From Epiperipatus broadwayi (lineage: Eukaryota > Animalia > Onychophora): a stretch of DNA of 64,000 bases. Within the stretch, counting starts at the first letter, position 1. The number at the start of each line of letters is the position of its first letter. Positions 12,636-24,705 of this stretch are shown piece after piece. The stretch is from contig JAQFVV010000006.1 of assembly GCA_028023455.1 (NCBI GenBank), positions 3,782,001 to 3,846,000 of the forward strand. The letters are read 5' to 3'. The position numbers and the translations under genes are program-made. Under the pieces are notes generated by a model. It worked only from the letters and a program-made list of their open reading frames with translations, did no database searches and was not told the origin of the DNA.

Positions 12636-12924
12636 AGACATTATTTCTGATCATTTATGTTGTATGGGTACCTTTCTATCTTATATGGTTTTTTTAATAA
12701 ATAAATAAGTTCATATTACTAAATAAGAATTAATTAGAGAGGATATGAACTCAGACTTTCAAGCTCTAGCTTAAAAGTATAAGTAATATACTTGTATTTA
12801 AATATTAAATAATAATTAATAAATATGCAAAAATAAGTTAAAACCTTAAAACAAAACATGATCACATTTTTTTGAACTTACCCAAGATGTTAAAATAGTA
12901 GAAATATCCCCCCTACCCACATTT

Positions 12925-13095
12925 AATGCAAAGCCTCTTAGTAATTGAAGCCATAATCTAGAAAATAGACTGGGGGATATTGGATGGAAAATCCCTGATA
13001 GGCATTATGACATACAACATTCCAGCATTTATTGATTACTAGAGAATTGCCCTAGATGGCACTGTGGTGGGGAAAATATTGCTACTGTTTCAAAA
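12925..13095 (+). mobile_element. Old, degenerate family C copy
   Basis: aagccataatctagaaaatagactgggggatattggatg...cattgattact aligns to 41209-41360. Confidence 0.6.
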
Positions 13096-14484
13096 ATAAA
13101 TTTATTAGCTATCAATCCTGATGCTAAAGTGTTTCCCATAATTTTTTCCTTCTTGAATAAGTTTCATGCATTTCTAGTTGATAACTTGGTTATATGTTTT
13201 CGTGTTACGAAAAATTACAAAATAATTAATGTTTCTCTAATACTAAGTAAAGCAGTTGCTTATAGAGATATCAAAGATTATGGAATATTTTATAATTCAA
13301 GCTTGTATTGATGTAAAGCAGCGGAACTGTTTGATTTTCTCATTTAATCTGTTAATATTTAAATAATATGTTGCATTGGAATTTGCGTATTACTATGCCA
13401 TATGTATGATGGTTCTAAAATTATATTGTCATCTGTATGATAAATATAAAGAACTTTAAGCAAATTTTTCAGTACTCTTCTTAAACGTTCTTATTTAGTT
13501 TTTAATTAAACTTCATTAGTGAAAATTTTAAACAGTACTATCAAAAAATTCCATACTTCTTAGTTGGGTTCTATAATTTCATCTGTATTTTATTGTACCT
13601 ATACTAACTATCTCACAATCTCATTCGACCTTGTAATTTTTCGCCACTAATTCCAGATGTACACAGCATAAAATAAATTTCCAAATAGTTCAATCCACAA
13701 TTAACTTAGTCAGTTAAATTCACTGCTACAGGCCTCACATGTGTAGAAGACAAATCAACTTAATGATACATCCTCATATGGTATTATTTCAAGCCATTAA
13801 AAGAAGACAACATGATCATAAATATCTATGTTATTAAAAAGTAGATTAAACTAATAATCATTAATTATATTTCTGATCACCAGTTTTAGTATCAATCTCT
13901 ATAAGGATCAGCAAAACTTGCAATCAATAAAGTATTTTTATAAAACCCGAGTCATATGGACTTCATGTGCCACTTTCTCCATGCATCAAAAGAAAAAATA
14001 CTTTAAACACATACTTCTCAAAGTGAGTGGTATACAGTATAAAAGTAGACAAAACGAGATTTACAAGTTATATGTAAAGTGAGATGAATGGATAAATTGA
14101 ACACTAATAGCTGATCCTACTTGTTAATATATTAAATAAATAAATTAAGTAACACCTCCAATCATTATTTTAAACTCAAATGACCCATTATAACATTATA
14201 ATATCAGGACATAAAGACTCCCCTTCCCCTATTCTTTGAGTGACACATAGATACATAAATATATACCCCTATAAAAAATTAATGAATAATAATTATAAAA
14301 ATATTGACTTTTCAAAAGATTAAAAAAATATTATTATATAAAAATATAAAATAATTAATACACGTGCACCTAGGTATATGGGTTACTTATCAGTGGCATT
14401 TACAAAAAATTAAAAAAAATCCTAAATTTAATAGATTTACAATAAGATATTATACCACACCCGCACACACGCACATAAATATAT

Positions 14485-14840
14485 GTACCCGGTGTCCATA
14501 AAGTCCGTGTGCAGTTTAAGAAATTTATAACTTTATTAGTATTTGTGATAGAGAAATTATTAAAATGTATTGGAAATAAAAAAAATCTTGCATAGAAATG
14601 AAAAAAATCTATATTTTTTGTTTTCTTGTTTTATTGTATTTTATTAAGTTTTCACATGTCCACCCACATTAGTAATACAAAGGGTATTACGATTTTGTAG
14701 TTCTCTAAAAACAATTGCCAATTGACTTATAGTAATGCCTGAAATCACATTAGTTATTTTAGCTTTCAACTCTTCTAACACTTGAGGTATGGTTGCATAT
14801 CTTATATAAATGCACTTTATCCACTCTACTTTGAACACTT
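14485..14840 (-). mobile_element. Tc1/mariner-superfamily remnant (transposase C-terminus plus TIR)
   Basis: P..LEELKAKITNVI..I....L..VF......R...C....GGH pattern in the 14644-14838 ORF; TIR-like ta-ccggtgtccataaagtc at the left end. Confidence 0.75.
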
Positions 14841-15085
14841 TTAAGCAAAAAACTTTTTATTGGACATATATACATACACAATCTTATGTTTTGACTGTCC
14901 TGCAGTCTTCTTCAGAATTTTCACTTTATTGTTTCAAGACATTTTTTTTACTTTTAAAAACATTAACATAAAACTCTGAAGAAGACTGCAGGACAGTTGA
15001 AACATATGATTATATATGCATATACATATAATAAAAAGTTTTTTGCTACAAAGTATGCAAAAAAGAGTGAATAAATTACAAATTC
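14815..15085. repeat. Inverted repeat with family D hammerhead-like cores (14888-14915 minus; 14976-15002 plus)
   Basis: CTGAAGA-A-GACTG-cagga-CAGT(C/T)-(A/G)AAA in both arms; stems I and III are not convincing. Confidence 0.7.
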
Positions 15086-15609
15086 TAATATTTTGGTCTT
15101 ATTGATTACTCAAGTTTTTAATGGATGATAGCAGTGGAGTAGACCAAATATACATTTTTCTAAGAATTATTGCATAAGCTGGGAATCATGTGACTATAAA
15201 GAGTTTAAATTCTGGCATTGTACTATATAATCTGTGTGGTTTAGTGCAGTTGTAAAATATTCCCCCCTGAAATGTAGAGTCCCCTATTCCAGTTGTAGCT
15301 TTTCCAGTGTTTGAACTTCTACAAATTCTCAAGCTATAAAGACATTGGATTACTTTTTGTTGTGATATTTCAAAGATTTAGAAATTTTATCTTTATGATA
15401 GTTATCTATTTACATTTGTTATCAAAGGGCCATCTCTTTTATCATCATAAGCAAATGAGCTAAAAAAATTCTGTGGTCCTACAGCTTAACCATTTTCTGG
15501 TCTAACTATCAATGATGGTTGAAAATCCAATTTATTGTAAAAATGATTTATCTAGTAGTAAGGTTTGTTACTTATTTATTTAGATGAATGATCATTACTG
15601 TGTTTATAA

Positions 15610-16460
15610 AAATTTTGAGATATTTTGGGTCCTAGACACAAATTTTGAGACATTTGTATCCTGAACACATCCAACTGCTATTATGTTAGACCGAATCAAT
15701 ATAATTACAGTCCTACATAAATTTGTACACTGCAAAAGTGGCCAATTCGGAGTTAAATATTCTAGAATCAATTTTCAACTAACACAAAATGGCTCTAATA
15801 GTAGTAGTAAGGTATTTCGATCCTGGACACATCTAACTATTCTTATGTTGGACAAAATTCATCATCAACCACTATTCCACAGCAGGATGAAGGTCTCTCC
15901 AAGTCCAGTCCATCTTCTCTGATCTTTAACTTCTCTTCTCCACATCACCTATTCACACTTTCTTATATCATCCATCCATCTCACATGTGGTCTCTTTCTG
16001 GGTATTTTACAAATCTCTTGAAATCCAGTTTAAGATTACTATTGTTCTTCTATTATCATCTATTCTAGCAATATGTCTAGCCCAACTCCACTTCAGTCTT
16101 TTAATTTTTTCAATGAGGTCAGTAACACCTCTTTGTTCTCTTACCCATATATTGTGTTTTCGATCTTTTCTTGTTACTCCTAGCATGCATCTCTACATAT
16201 GTCTTTAAGTGAGTACTCTGTAAAAGTGATCAATTCAGAATTAATGATTATACAATCAATTTTAAACTAAGATGAAATGCATATAATGGTAAGGTATCTG
16301 TGATTAAAAATTTTTTGAGATATTTGGATCCAGAATCCTTCTGACTATTATTATGTTAGACCAAATTAATATAACAGTCCTTCACAATTTAGTACTGTGC
16401 AGAAGTGGAAAATCAGGATTAAAGAAACAAGAATCAATGTTCAACTAAGATAAAATATAA
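15610..16460 (+). repeat. Diverged tandem repeat (about 190-bp unit) with an RTE fragment inside it
   Basis: Repeated attatgttagacc.aat.aatata..acagtcct..c..aa..tt.gtac..tgca.aagtgg..aatc.gga.t.aa...aagaatcaat.ttcaactaa. Confidence 0.6.
15863..16210 (-). mobile_element. RTE 3' fragment
   Basis: Minus frame IEKIKRLKWSWARHIARIDDNRRT..ILNW; tgatgatga tail; homologous to 4080-4420. Confidence 0.85.
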
Positions 16461-17656
16461 AAATATTTATGAGGAAGATGTGCTAATAATAAAAGGTTTG
16501 AAGTACTCTGAAAATGCACGATCCCAACTTACTTTGAATTCATTTTCAAATTGCTGAATAGAATCCTATTAACAATGACTTTCTCAAACACGGGACTGAA
16601 AATGAAGTTGGACCTTATAGGTACATTCCGCAAGATCAAAAAGGAAATGTTTTTCATCTTTTTCAAGAATATGGAGCATTGGAATAAATAAGAAAAAAAA
16701 ATTTAATATCCCATATATGAACTTGTAGATAATATTATGAAATGAATGGAATCAACTATATTGGACACATAAGGAAGTCAAAAAAAAAGAATGGTCTACA
16801 GGCAATTCATTCATACTCTCACCGATTATCAAATTGACAGATCATACAATTAATGATGTAACAAAGCAAATAAAAAAAGTAATTTAAATTTCCATCCTAT
16901 AGGGAATGCTTTAAAAACAATGTGGTCAATAATGTATGATAATTTGATAATAAAAAATACTTCTGGTTAAAAATGGAATAAAATAATTTATCAGATGTCT
17001 AAGGTAACTTTCAAAGAAATTACTGAGAAAAAATTGGTGGAGTAATGACCTTTTTTGTGTGAAGTATGAAAATAAAATTTTATAAAATTAAAAACAGTTA
17101 TTTAAAAATTAAAGATCTTGTAAGATTTTAAGTGGCAAAAGATGCAGAAAAATTAAGAAAGAAATATGGCAGTATAGAATATATGTATACAATTATATAA
17201 AAATGTAAATAATATACCCTTTTATTAATAAATGTATTAGAGTAGAAAAAGAAGGGTTCTAATCTTTGTTGTCACGTGCTTTAAACACTTGTATAATAGC
17301 CACACGATGTAGTTATTAACTACAGCAGCACCGCTCAAACCTTAACACAAGATAGGGACTTTTATAAAGATAAGAACTGCCATCTTATCCTTAATCTAAA
17401 TTCTTACTTATATAGGCCAATCTGAAGCAGCTTTATTTGAGAGCAAGAAGAGTTCATCTGTAGTCATAAACTATATTGTTTGGCTATTATACAAATATTG
17501 AATGTGCATGTAAAAAAAAGGTTAAAGCCTTTCTCTTTCTAATTGCATACTGTCCGTGTGCTTGATAAATAATTAGAATGTTAGATTTGTTTCTATATTT
17601 CTCATAAAGATATTATTTAAAATAAATAATTCAGATTACTAAATTGTTACATTTTG

Positions 17657-17957
17657 ATTTACAGGTGTCAAACTCATTCCACCCACAACTTTTCTATTAC
17701 CCATCTCAATTAAATACAATAATGATTATCCCTAATCTTTCACTAAACTAGTAATTATCTCTAGCACAGTTATAAACTTTAAACCTCAGATGAAGATTAA
17801 CATATCTCATTTTTTTAATTTTTAACTAAGGTTTAAAATTTATACCTCTGCCAGAGACAATCTCTAGTTTAGTAAATGATTAGTAATAATCATTACTGTA
17901 TCTATCTGAAGTGAATGGTGTAAACTGTAAGTTGAGTGAATTTGACACTTGTAAATC
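17657..17957. repeat. Inverted pair of repeat G (also 53733-54075 and 63775-63930)
   Basis: gagacaatctctagtttagtaaatgattagtaataatcatt block in both orientations. Confidence 0.7.
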
Positions 17958-18030
17958 CATATGTAACATTTTTTCTATAGACGAATCTTGTTTATTTAAT
18001 GGAGATATATATAAAATATGATAACGTGAG

Positions 18031-18070
18031 CCAATTGATGAGTGATGGTTCAGCCCAAAATGCATCTTGG
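18031..18070 (+). ncRNA. Degenerate family B-type hammerhead (B4) downstream of repeat G
   Basis: ccaa-TTGATGA-gtgatg-gtt-cagccc-AAAA-tgcatc-ttgg; C3 and G12 are mutated. Confidence 0.45.
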
Positions 18071-19730
18071 GGGACATTTATCTTTTATTGTATTTTAATT
18101 TAAATAATTTTAAAAGCAATAAGTGGAAATGTGAAGATTGATTAATATATTTGTAATTCAGCTTACCCGAGCAAGTTATTATTTCCTGAATTTTCCACCA
18201 GAGTGCTCAAATATCACATGACCTTTCAAACAATTAACCATATGATTATTTATATTTAATATAGTCATGAAAAACTGCTTAGGATGTGGGGGTAAATTAA
18301 TGATAAATCTCTATATTGATATCTATAAATATAGATGGTGTATCATTTGTATTTTTACATCTTAATTTTAAGTCCATAAAACTAAATACGTTTTGTGTGT
18401 ATGCCCAATCTATAGGCACCACACTTCTACCTATGTCAGTTTCCATAAATTAAATTGTCTATTTGAATTCGGCAATTATAAAAATTTATTTTAAGGAACA
18501 ATTGGATCAATTTTGATTAGGTGAATGGCTACAAGTAAAAAAATTCACACTTGAAATCATAATTAAGTATTTCTACTGCAACTTTTTTTTGAAAAATCTT
18601 CACCTTTTGGTATCCATACATATAAGAACAATTATTTTCATCCTACCTTAGAACCATTCATTGTAAGCTCGAGTAATCATTATGATGCATGACCTTTTAG
18701 TATCTATTGATTACTAGAGTTTATACTGGGTGAACTATTGTGAAGGGAAAATTGCTATTGCTTCAACAACTTGTCTAAGTATAAAGAAAAGATGATCATG
18801 TGATCTCTTAATGTTTCTAAAGCAATCCAGATTAAAAATAAAGATGTTTATGGTTATTAAAAATATCAACAACACCAAAATATGTAGATAATGTATTGGA
18901 TTCAGATCTGCACAACTATAGAAACAAATTATCTTATATTGAAATTTTTATTGTATTTTCAATTTGGGCTGATAGCTTTATGGTTAATCAAAAAGGTAAA
19001 AGATGGATACTGCAGCAATGCATTGGATTCAAAGCCCTGCTCCAAGATCTACTCCCCATGAAAGACATAAGTTAAAAACTTTTATGGGATTAGCATTGGA
19101 TAGAGATTATGATGCACAAACTTCTAGCAACTATTAATTAATAGATCTTGCACTAAGTGGCACTATTGCAGAAAATTTTTTGCTACAAGTTAACATAAAA
19201 ATTATTGATGTCAACTAAACATTGTAAATCAGCTTCCAGTATTATCAAGTCTGTTTTTATTTCTCTCATTTGTCTATTGAACTGATATGAGTAAAAAAAA
19301 ATTTCCACCATGAGCATTGGGAGCAAAAATGATGATGAAGTAGTTACAAAATTTAAGCATCTCAGAATATTGTTTTCTAAATTTAAATTTATATATAGCC
19401 ATCTATTTTTTAATAATTTACACATACTGTACCATACAGTGTCGTACAATATCCAATAAAAAATGATTGAAATTAGTTAAATACAAGATATTTAGATAGA
19501 ATTATAAATGAAATGGTTATATTAAAATAAAAAGTGGTCAATAAAAGAGGTCATCTCTACCATATCACATCTGAAAACTATAAACACATTAAATTTCCTC
19601 ACATTTGTCAGTTGTTATGGTTATAAGTCAGTTTAAGTTAGATTATTTGAAAAGAATATTGAAAATTTTAATTGCTTAAGGGAATATTTATAATGGTAAA
19701 ATCTTTTCATTAAAATACAAAACCTTGGAC

Positions 19731-19915
19731 CAGTGGTTCACAACCTGTGGGTTGTGACCACTTTGAGTGTTAAACAACCCTTTCACAGGAGTCACCTAAG
19801 ACCATTGGAAAATATGTTTATGATTCATACCAGTAGCAAAATTAAAAGTTGGGAGTCACCACAACATAAGGAACTGTATTAAAGGTCATGGCATTAGAAA
19901 GGTTGAGAGCCAGTG
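19731..19915 (+). mobile_element. hAT MITE resembling SPIN non-autonomous/URR1 elements
   Basis: TIRs cagtggttcacaacct / aggttgagagccagtg; 8-bp TSD ccttggac/ccttagac. The interior (accctttcacagg.gtc.cctaagacc.t.ggaaaa, gattcata.cagtagcaaaatt, gtcaccacaacat.aggaactgtattaaagg) follows the URR1/SPIN consensus as I recall it. Confidence 0.85.
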
Positions 19916-20229
19916 CCTTAGACTGCCCCTACAAGTACAATATGGGACAACAAAAGTCATTGAACAAGATAAAACAATTCCATATGCAAAGATATATGGC
20001 AGGTCTAGTATCAGATTTTGATTATCAGGGCCACTCAGGATTTGAATCCATTTCTAAGTAAAATTATTTTTAAAAGACTTAAAATTGCTGGTTTTTCACC
20101 AATCTTGCTAATCATCCAATATTGGTTCAACAATAGATATCTAGATATTTTTAAAGGACATGTAACCAGGGATGACAAAATTCTCATAATATCACCATCT
20201 TGCAATTGGTGACTAATGGTTGCATTTTT

Positions 20230-20700
20230 ACTTCTTCTATGAAGGGTATTTTATCTGACATTGCCTGTCAATAGTCTATTTATTAAAAAGGTTAATTTGT
20301 AGTATTTTTATGTCTGTATTATAAATGTTAACAATTACTCATGTTTTTTTATTCACTTTTTGCAGAATTTACTGATAAACATGTTTAAAATTGTAATGTT
20401 TTTATAACAATGAAACTAGGTACAGTGACAGAAAACATGCAACATGGTCTCATTATTTCTATGTCATAAAGAGCAGATCTGGTATATGCACATGAAACCT
20501 CTACAGGTGACCAGAAAATGGTTTGTAGGAAGTACATTTAGATTTATCTTGATTACAAAGTCTAAATATGTAGGTTCCAGATGCCACCACTTGAACTTTT
20601 TAATACTAGTATGGTTAGAAAAGGGTAAAAGAGATGGACAAGTAGGAATATCATTATTAATAAGATGATGTGCCTTTCAAAAGTTAATTTTTTGAGAATT
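20230..20700 (-). mobile_element. Decayed non-LTR retrotransposon C-terminal region (CCHC knuckle; clade uncertain)
   Basis: Minus frame FVIKINLNVLPTNHFL...CSL*HRNNETMLHVFCHC. Confidence 0.6.
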
Positions 20701-21512
20701 TGGTTTAATAGCTATAATGGTAAATTTTGAGATGCACTCTAATAGAGATGACAACCAGCTCTTCACAGTAGGAGGAGGGGTGTATGTAGGGGAAACAGCA
20801 GTGAAGCATAATGCATCAGGGAACCAAGGAAAAAATTTTAGGATCTATATAAACCAGAAGCCCACTCTTTATACCCTGATTAATAATATTGGCAACGGTG
20901 TGTTTATATCTATTAGGATTTCTATTTTCCTACTCTTTGCATATTGGTCCATTAGATGTATGCTTACCTTTAATCCTACCATTGATAATCTCCATCAATT
21001 ATTCACATCAAAGATTTGGATTATCCATGATAGAGACAAAAAATTAGCTCCTTTATTTATTTTTTAAGACAACATGGGACCTTCTTGCTATTGAAGAATT
21101 TCATTTATGATGCTTGGGCTGTACAATTAGTTGTTCCTGGCTGTAAGACTAGTGGGGTGATCCTCATCCCGGCTTTGTCATGAACTGTATTTCTTTCACC
21201 ATTGTAGTGATGTAAACATATAATATAATCAATAAAGTTTTTATGAGAAAAAAAAACATATTTAAAATTATCTGCATTTAATATTTGTAAATTAATCTTT
21301 AACGGTAAATGACTTGCTATCTCAGGATTCTTGATGATAATTAATATATACAAGCATATTAAAACTATTGTTATTGTTTTCGTTATTTCAATTTTTTAAA
21401 TTTCAATCTCATCTTTCTTGTTTTCTCTTTTCTTTATTTTGCTGCAGTTTTGCAAAATTTTTTTTTACATTTAAACAACCTTTCCTTTTGTTTTTCGTAT
21501 GATCTTTAACTT

Positions 21513-21594
21513 TTTTTTCTAATGTGTCAAAGCGTCGGCTGGGACAACTGCTTGTAAGGCGGCTGTGCTAACCACTCGGCCACCAACACTTGAC
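21513..21594 (-). mobile_element. tRNA-Val-like SINE (family S), internally deleted
   Basis: A-box tggccgagtgg; gccttacaagc anticodon loop; 15-bp TSD tatgatctttaactt. Confidence 0.85.
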
Positions 21595-21689
21595 TATGAT
21601 CTTTAACTTATCATTCTCTGCTTCATACTGTTTTAAAAACACAATATCAAGATCATAAAATTAATCAACATGCTCCTCACCTTGCTGAA

Positions 21690-21990
21690 TAGTATACACT
21701 AAAGTCCGCTATTGGAAAGTTACAACTTTATTAGATTGGACATGTAAAATCACTAAACAATGGAAGAACTGCTGAAAAGAATGTTTTAGGGTCAATTTGA
21801 GCAAGATTTTCATGGAAGATGTGTCTCTGCTATAAACAATATCTCAAAGACATTCTAAAGAAAGTCCATGCCATTTGATTCCATTGAGAAGATCCAGTAA
21901 TGAATAGGATATATTGTTTGCTACATTTAGACATGATATTGAAAGTATTGCAGAAAGAAAAGTTTCCAATTAAAAAACTAAAAGACAATA
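21690..21990 (+). mobile_element. RTE (BovB-like) 3' remnant
   Basis: RW.GHV...LLKRMF.GQF...GR...YKQYLKDILK pattern, with frameshifts. Confidence 0.55.
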
Positions 21991-23301
21991 CCCTAAATTA
22001 TCAAGTAAACAAATATTATATATGTTCATGGTTCATAGATTGGTTTGTATATTTGCTAGATACCTCATTTCTAGAGTAAATTTTTCTCTTTTTCTTCTTT
22101 TTTTATGCATTTGAATGGTATTAATCCTTTACGAATGAATGTCGTCTTCTCCTCCTCCTCTTCTTCTGATTTTTACTTCTTCTTATCATCATCATCATCA
22201 TCATCATTTTACCAATTGCAATTTATTATAGAACAAAAGTCCTTCCAAAGCATACCATGAATGGAAATAGCAATATTCACTAGACATGATGTGGGTTTAA
22301 ATAGTTTCTATTCTTGCTTATTCTGTAATATAAGAGTGGTTACATTCTGTCAATTTATCGACCGATTTCAGATAATTAGGTGAATTGGCTATGGGTCAAT
22401 TAAATCAAAAAATCCTAAGCATGTCTAAAAAAATTTTAAAATATATTAGCCCATATTTGAATCCTGGGCATAAGCATTGAGAGATAGATGCGCCATCTTT
22501 TCTTCACGAACTCTTCAGCAGATATATAAATATGAATAAGTATGTCTTTTGTTTAGTATTTCAATCTAACATTGTTTTACTTCATGCCCACGGGCATTTA
22601 GAGCTGTGGATGAGTATCATACCCCGAAGTGTAAAGTTCAAAGGTCAATTCCAGCGCTGGTATTTCCGGCTCTCGAACCTTTTACGAACTCTTAAAGAAT
22701 AAAGCCATTCAATATTTTTTATTTATTCATTTAATAATTATCAATATGTTATTAATAGTTGTACTTCGTTAATTTTAGACTTACTTTATAAGTTTTAAAT
22801 TTCTGTCATTTTGTTCTTTTCCGAATCTTATTCGTTCGACGCAAATAGACGATTTCGTTTGAGTGAATGAAAATCAATTAATTAATCTCTTTTGTAAACA
22901 AATAAATGCGGTTGAGATTTCTTCAACAAAACAAATGTCTATCAAAAACATATTTTATTTATAATAATGTTTATTAAAATGTCAAATAAATATTTATAAA
23001 AAGCGAGCGTTTGATATTTAAATTAATTTTTTTGACTTTATATGCACGAATGTATATATATATAAAGGTAAAACATCCTTATATAAAGGTAAAATATAAA
23101 GGTAAAACATCTATAAATAATCTCTGCATCTCAAAGACCTCGGCAAGAACAATTCATGAGTAGAAGTGAAGAAGGCAGCACCGATCAAGCCTGTCAATTG
23201 CTGGATGATAAGGCTAAGATAAATTTCCTACTTCATTTACCATTTAGCTAAAAATAGTCAGATACCCATTTACCAACCAATATTGAATAACTAGCTAGTT
23301 T

Positions 23302-23630
23302 GAATATTGAATCATCATCATCCATTACATAATGAAGATCGTTCTGAGTTTAATTTCTTCAATTCTCAGTCTCTCTTTTGCAAACTTTCTTATTTCCTCC
23401 ATCCATCTCACATGTGGGCAGTTTGGGGGTCTTTTACAAGATATTGGAATCTATCTATTATGAACTGTTCAAGAAATATGTTCAGACCAACTCCATTTCA
23501 GACTTTTAATTTTTTTCAAGGATGTCAGTAATGCTCGTTTGTTCTCTCACTCATGTATTTTCTTTTCCTTATCTTTTTCTTACTCCGAACATAAATATCT
23601 CCATATATCGTCTCTGAATTGTTCTTCTGT
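23302..23630 (-). mobile_element. RTE 3' fragment
   Basis: Homologous to 4080-4420 (reverse); tgatgatga tail. Confidence 0.8.
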
Positions 23631-24600
23631 TAAATGTTTATGTTTAAAATTCATAAGTAAAAGCTGCTAAACAGCATTTTTAAAAAATCTTTCTTTTCAA
23701 ACATATATATATATTTCCTTTTAATATAAAATTATTTTTATCAAAAGCACTCCATGTTAGTTTAATTCTATAATTATACTTCCATCTGTATTAATAAGCT
23801 ATTTGTAATTTTTAACTTCATCTAATTCATAGTTATCAATCTATTTTCTTCTTCTGAGAAAATCTATTGCACATTAGTCTTTTTATCATTTATCTTTAGC
23901 TCTACCCTCATACCTTCATCTGGTAATTCTTACAGCATTTCCTGAAGCTCTGAAGCCAAAACAACCAAATGGCTTAAATAATCATTCATTTGCTTTTATT
24001 TTACTAAAAACACCACGTGACCACCATTTCCTATGCTTTCACAAACTATTAAAATTTGTTTTGCTTTGTAAAATTTTATTATTTATTTACTTATTGATAT
24101 ATATAATACTTGAAGATATTAAGCCATAATCACTGTCTATATATAACTGCAATGCTACACAGTCCCTAAAAATTCTATCAGCTTTTGCATTCAGAAAATG
24201 AATATTTCTATCTATAGATTTAAGGTATTACATGGGAAATTGATGAGAATAATAGCAACCAAAACAGTGAATTTTTATTCAGCAGAGTTGTTTGTAGCGG
24301 CTTTTATTCAAGTCATTTCTTTCCAAATATTTCAGCATTTGTTAGCACTTCAAAATTCTATCACCAAAATAACTATGATTGGTTAATGACAAAACTTGTT
24401 TAGCCTCAAGAATTGGCAAATAGTAGTAATTGATAGTCTTTTAGCAGTATCGAAATCTAAATGTTATCTCTGGTTATATGGGATATCATATTTCTATTCT
24501 TTATTATAATAACACTCCATAGAAATATTTAATTCATATGTATACAGATCTAAATTATAACAGGAAAATAATCATTTCCTTATTGCAAAGCAGGTAATTA

Positions 24601-24705
24601 TTAGTCAAGCGTTGGTGGCCCAGAGGTCAGCATGGCTGCCTTACAAGCAGTTGTCCCGGATTAGCGGGTTCACTTCCCGGCCGATGCTATGACACATGAA
24701 AAAAA
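24601..24705 (+). mobile_element. tRNA-Val(TAC)-like SINE (family S), fullest copy
   Basis: A-box tggcccagagg; anticodon arm ctgc-cttacaa-gcag; T-arm cggg-ttcactt-cccg; A-tail; 14-bp TSD aaagcaggtaatta. Confidence 0.9.

Noticed and set aside
13120-13800. Protein-looking minus frame
   Set aside because: Stop density is close to that expected for random AT-rich DNA.
15683-16450. Coding constraint in the 190-bp tandem unit
   Set aside because: A hand count of synonymous versus non-synonymous changes looks neutral.
18250-18660. Possible PLE RT motifs on the minus strand (FMDL, IY)
   Set aside because: There is no convincing YxDD, and the plus strand looks equally coding-like.
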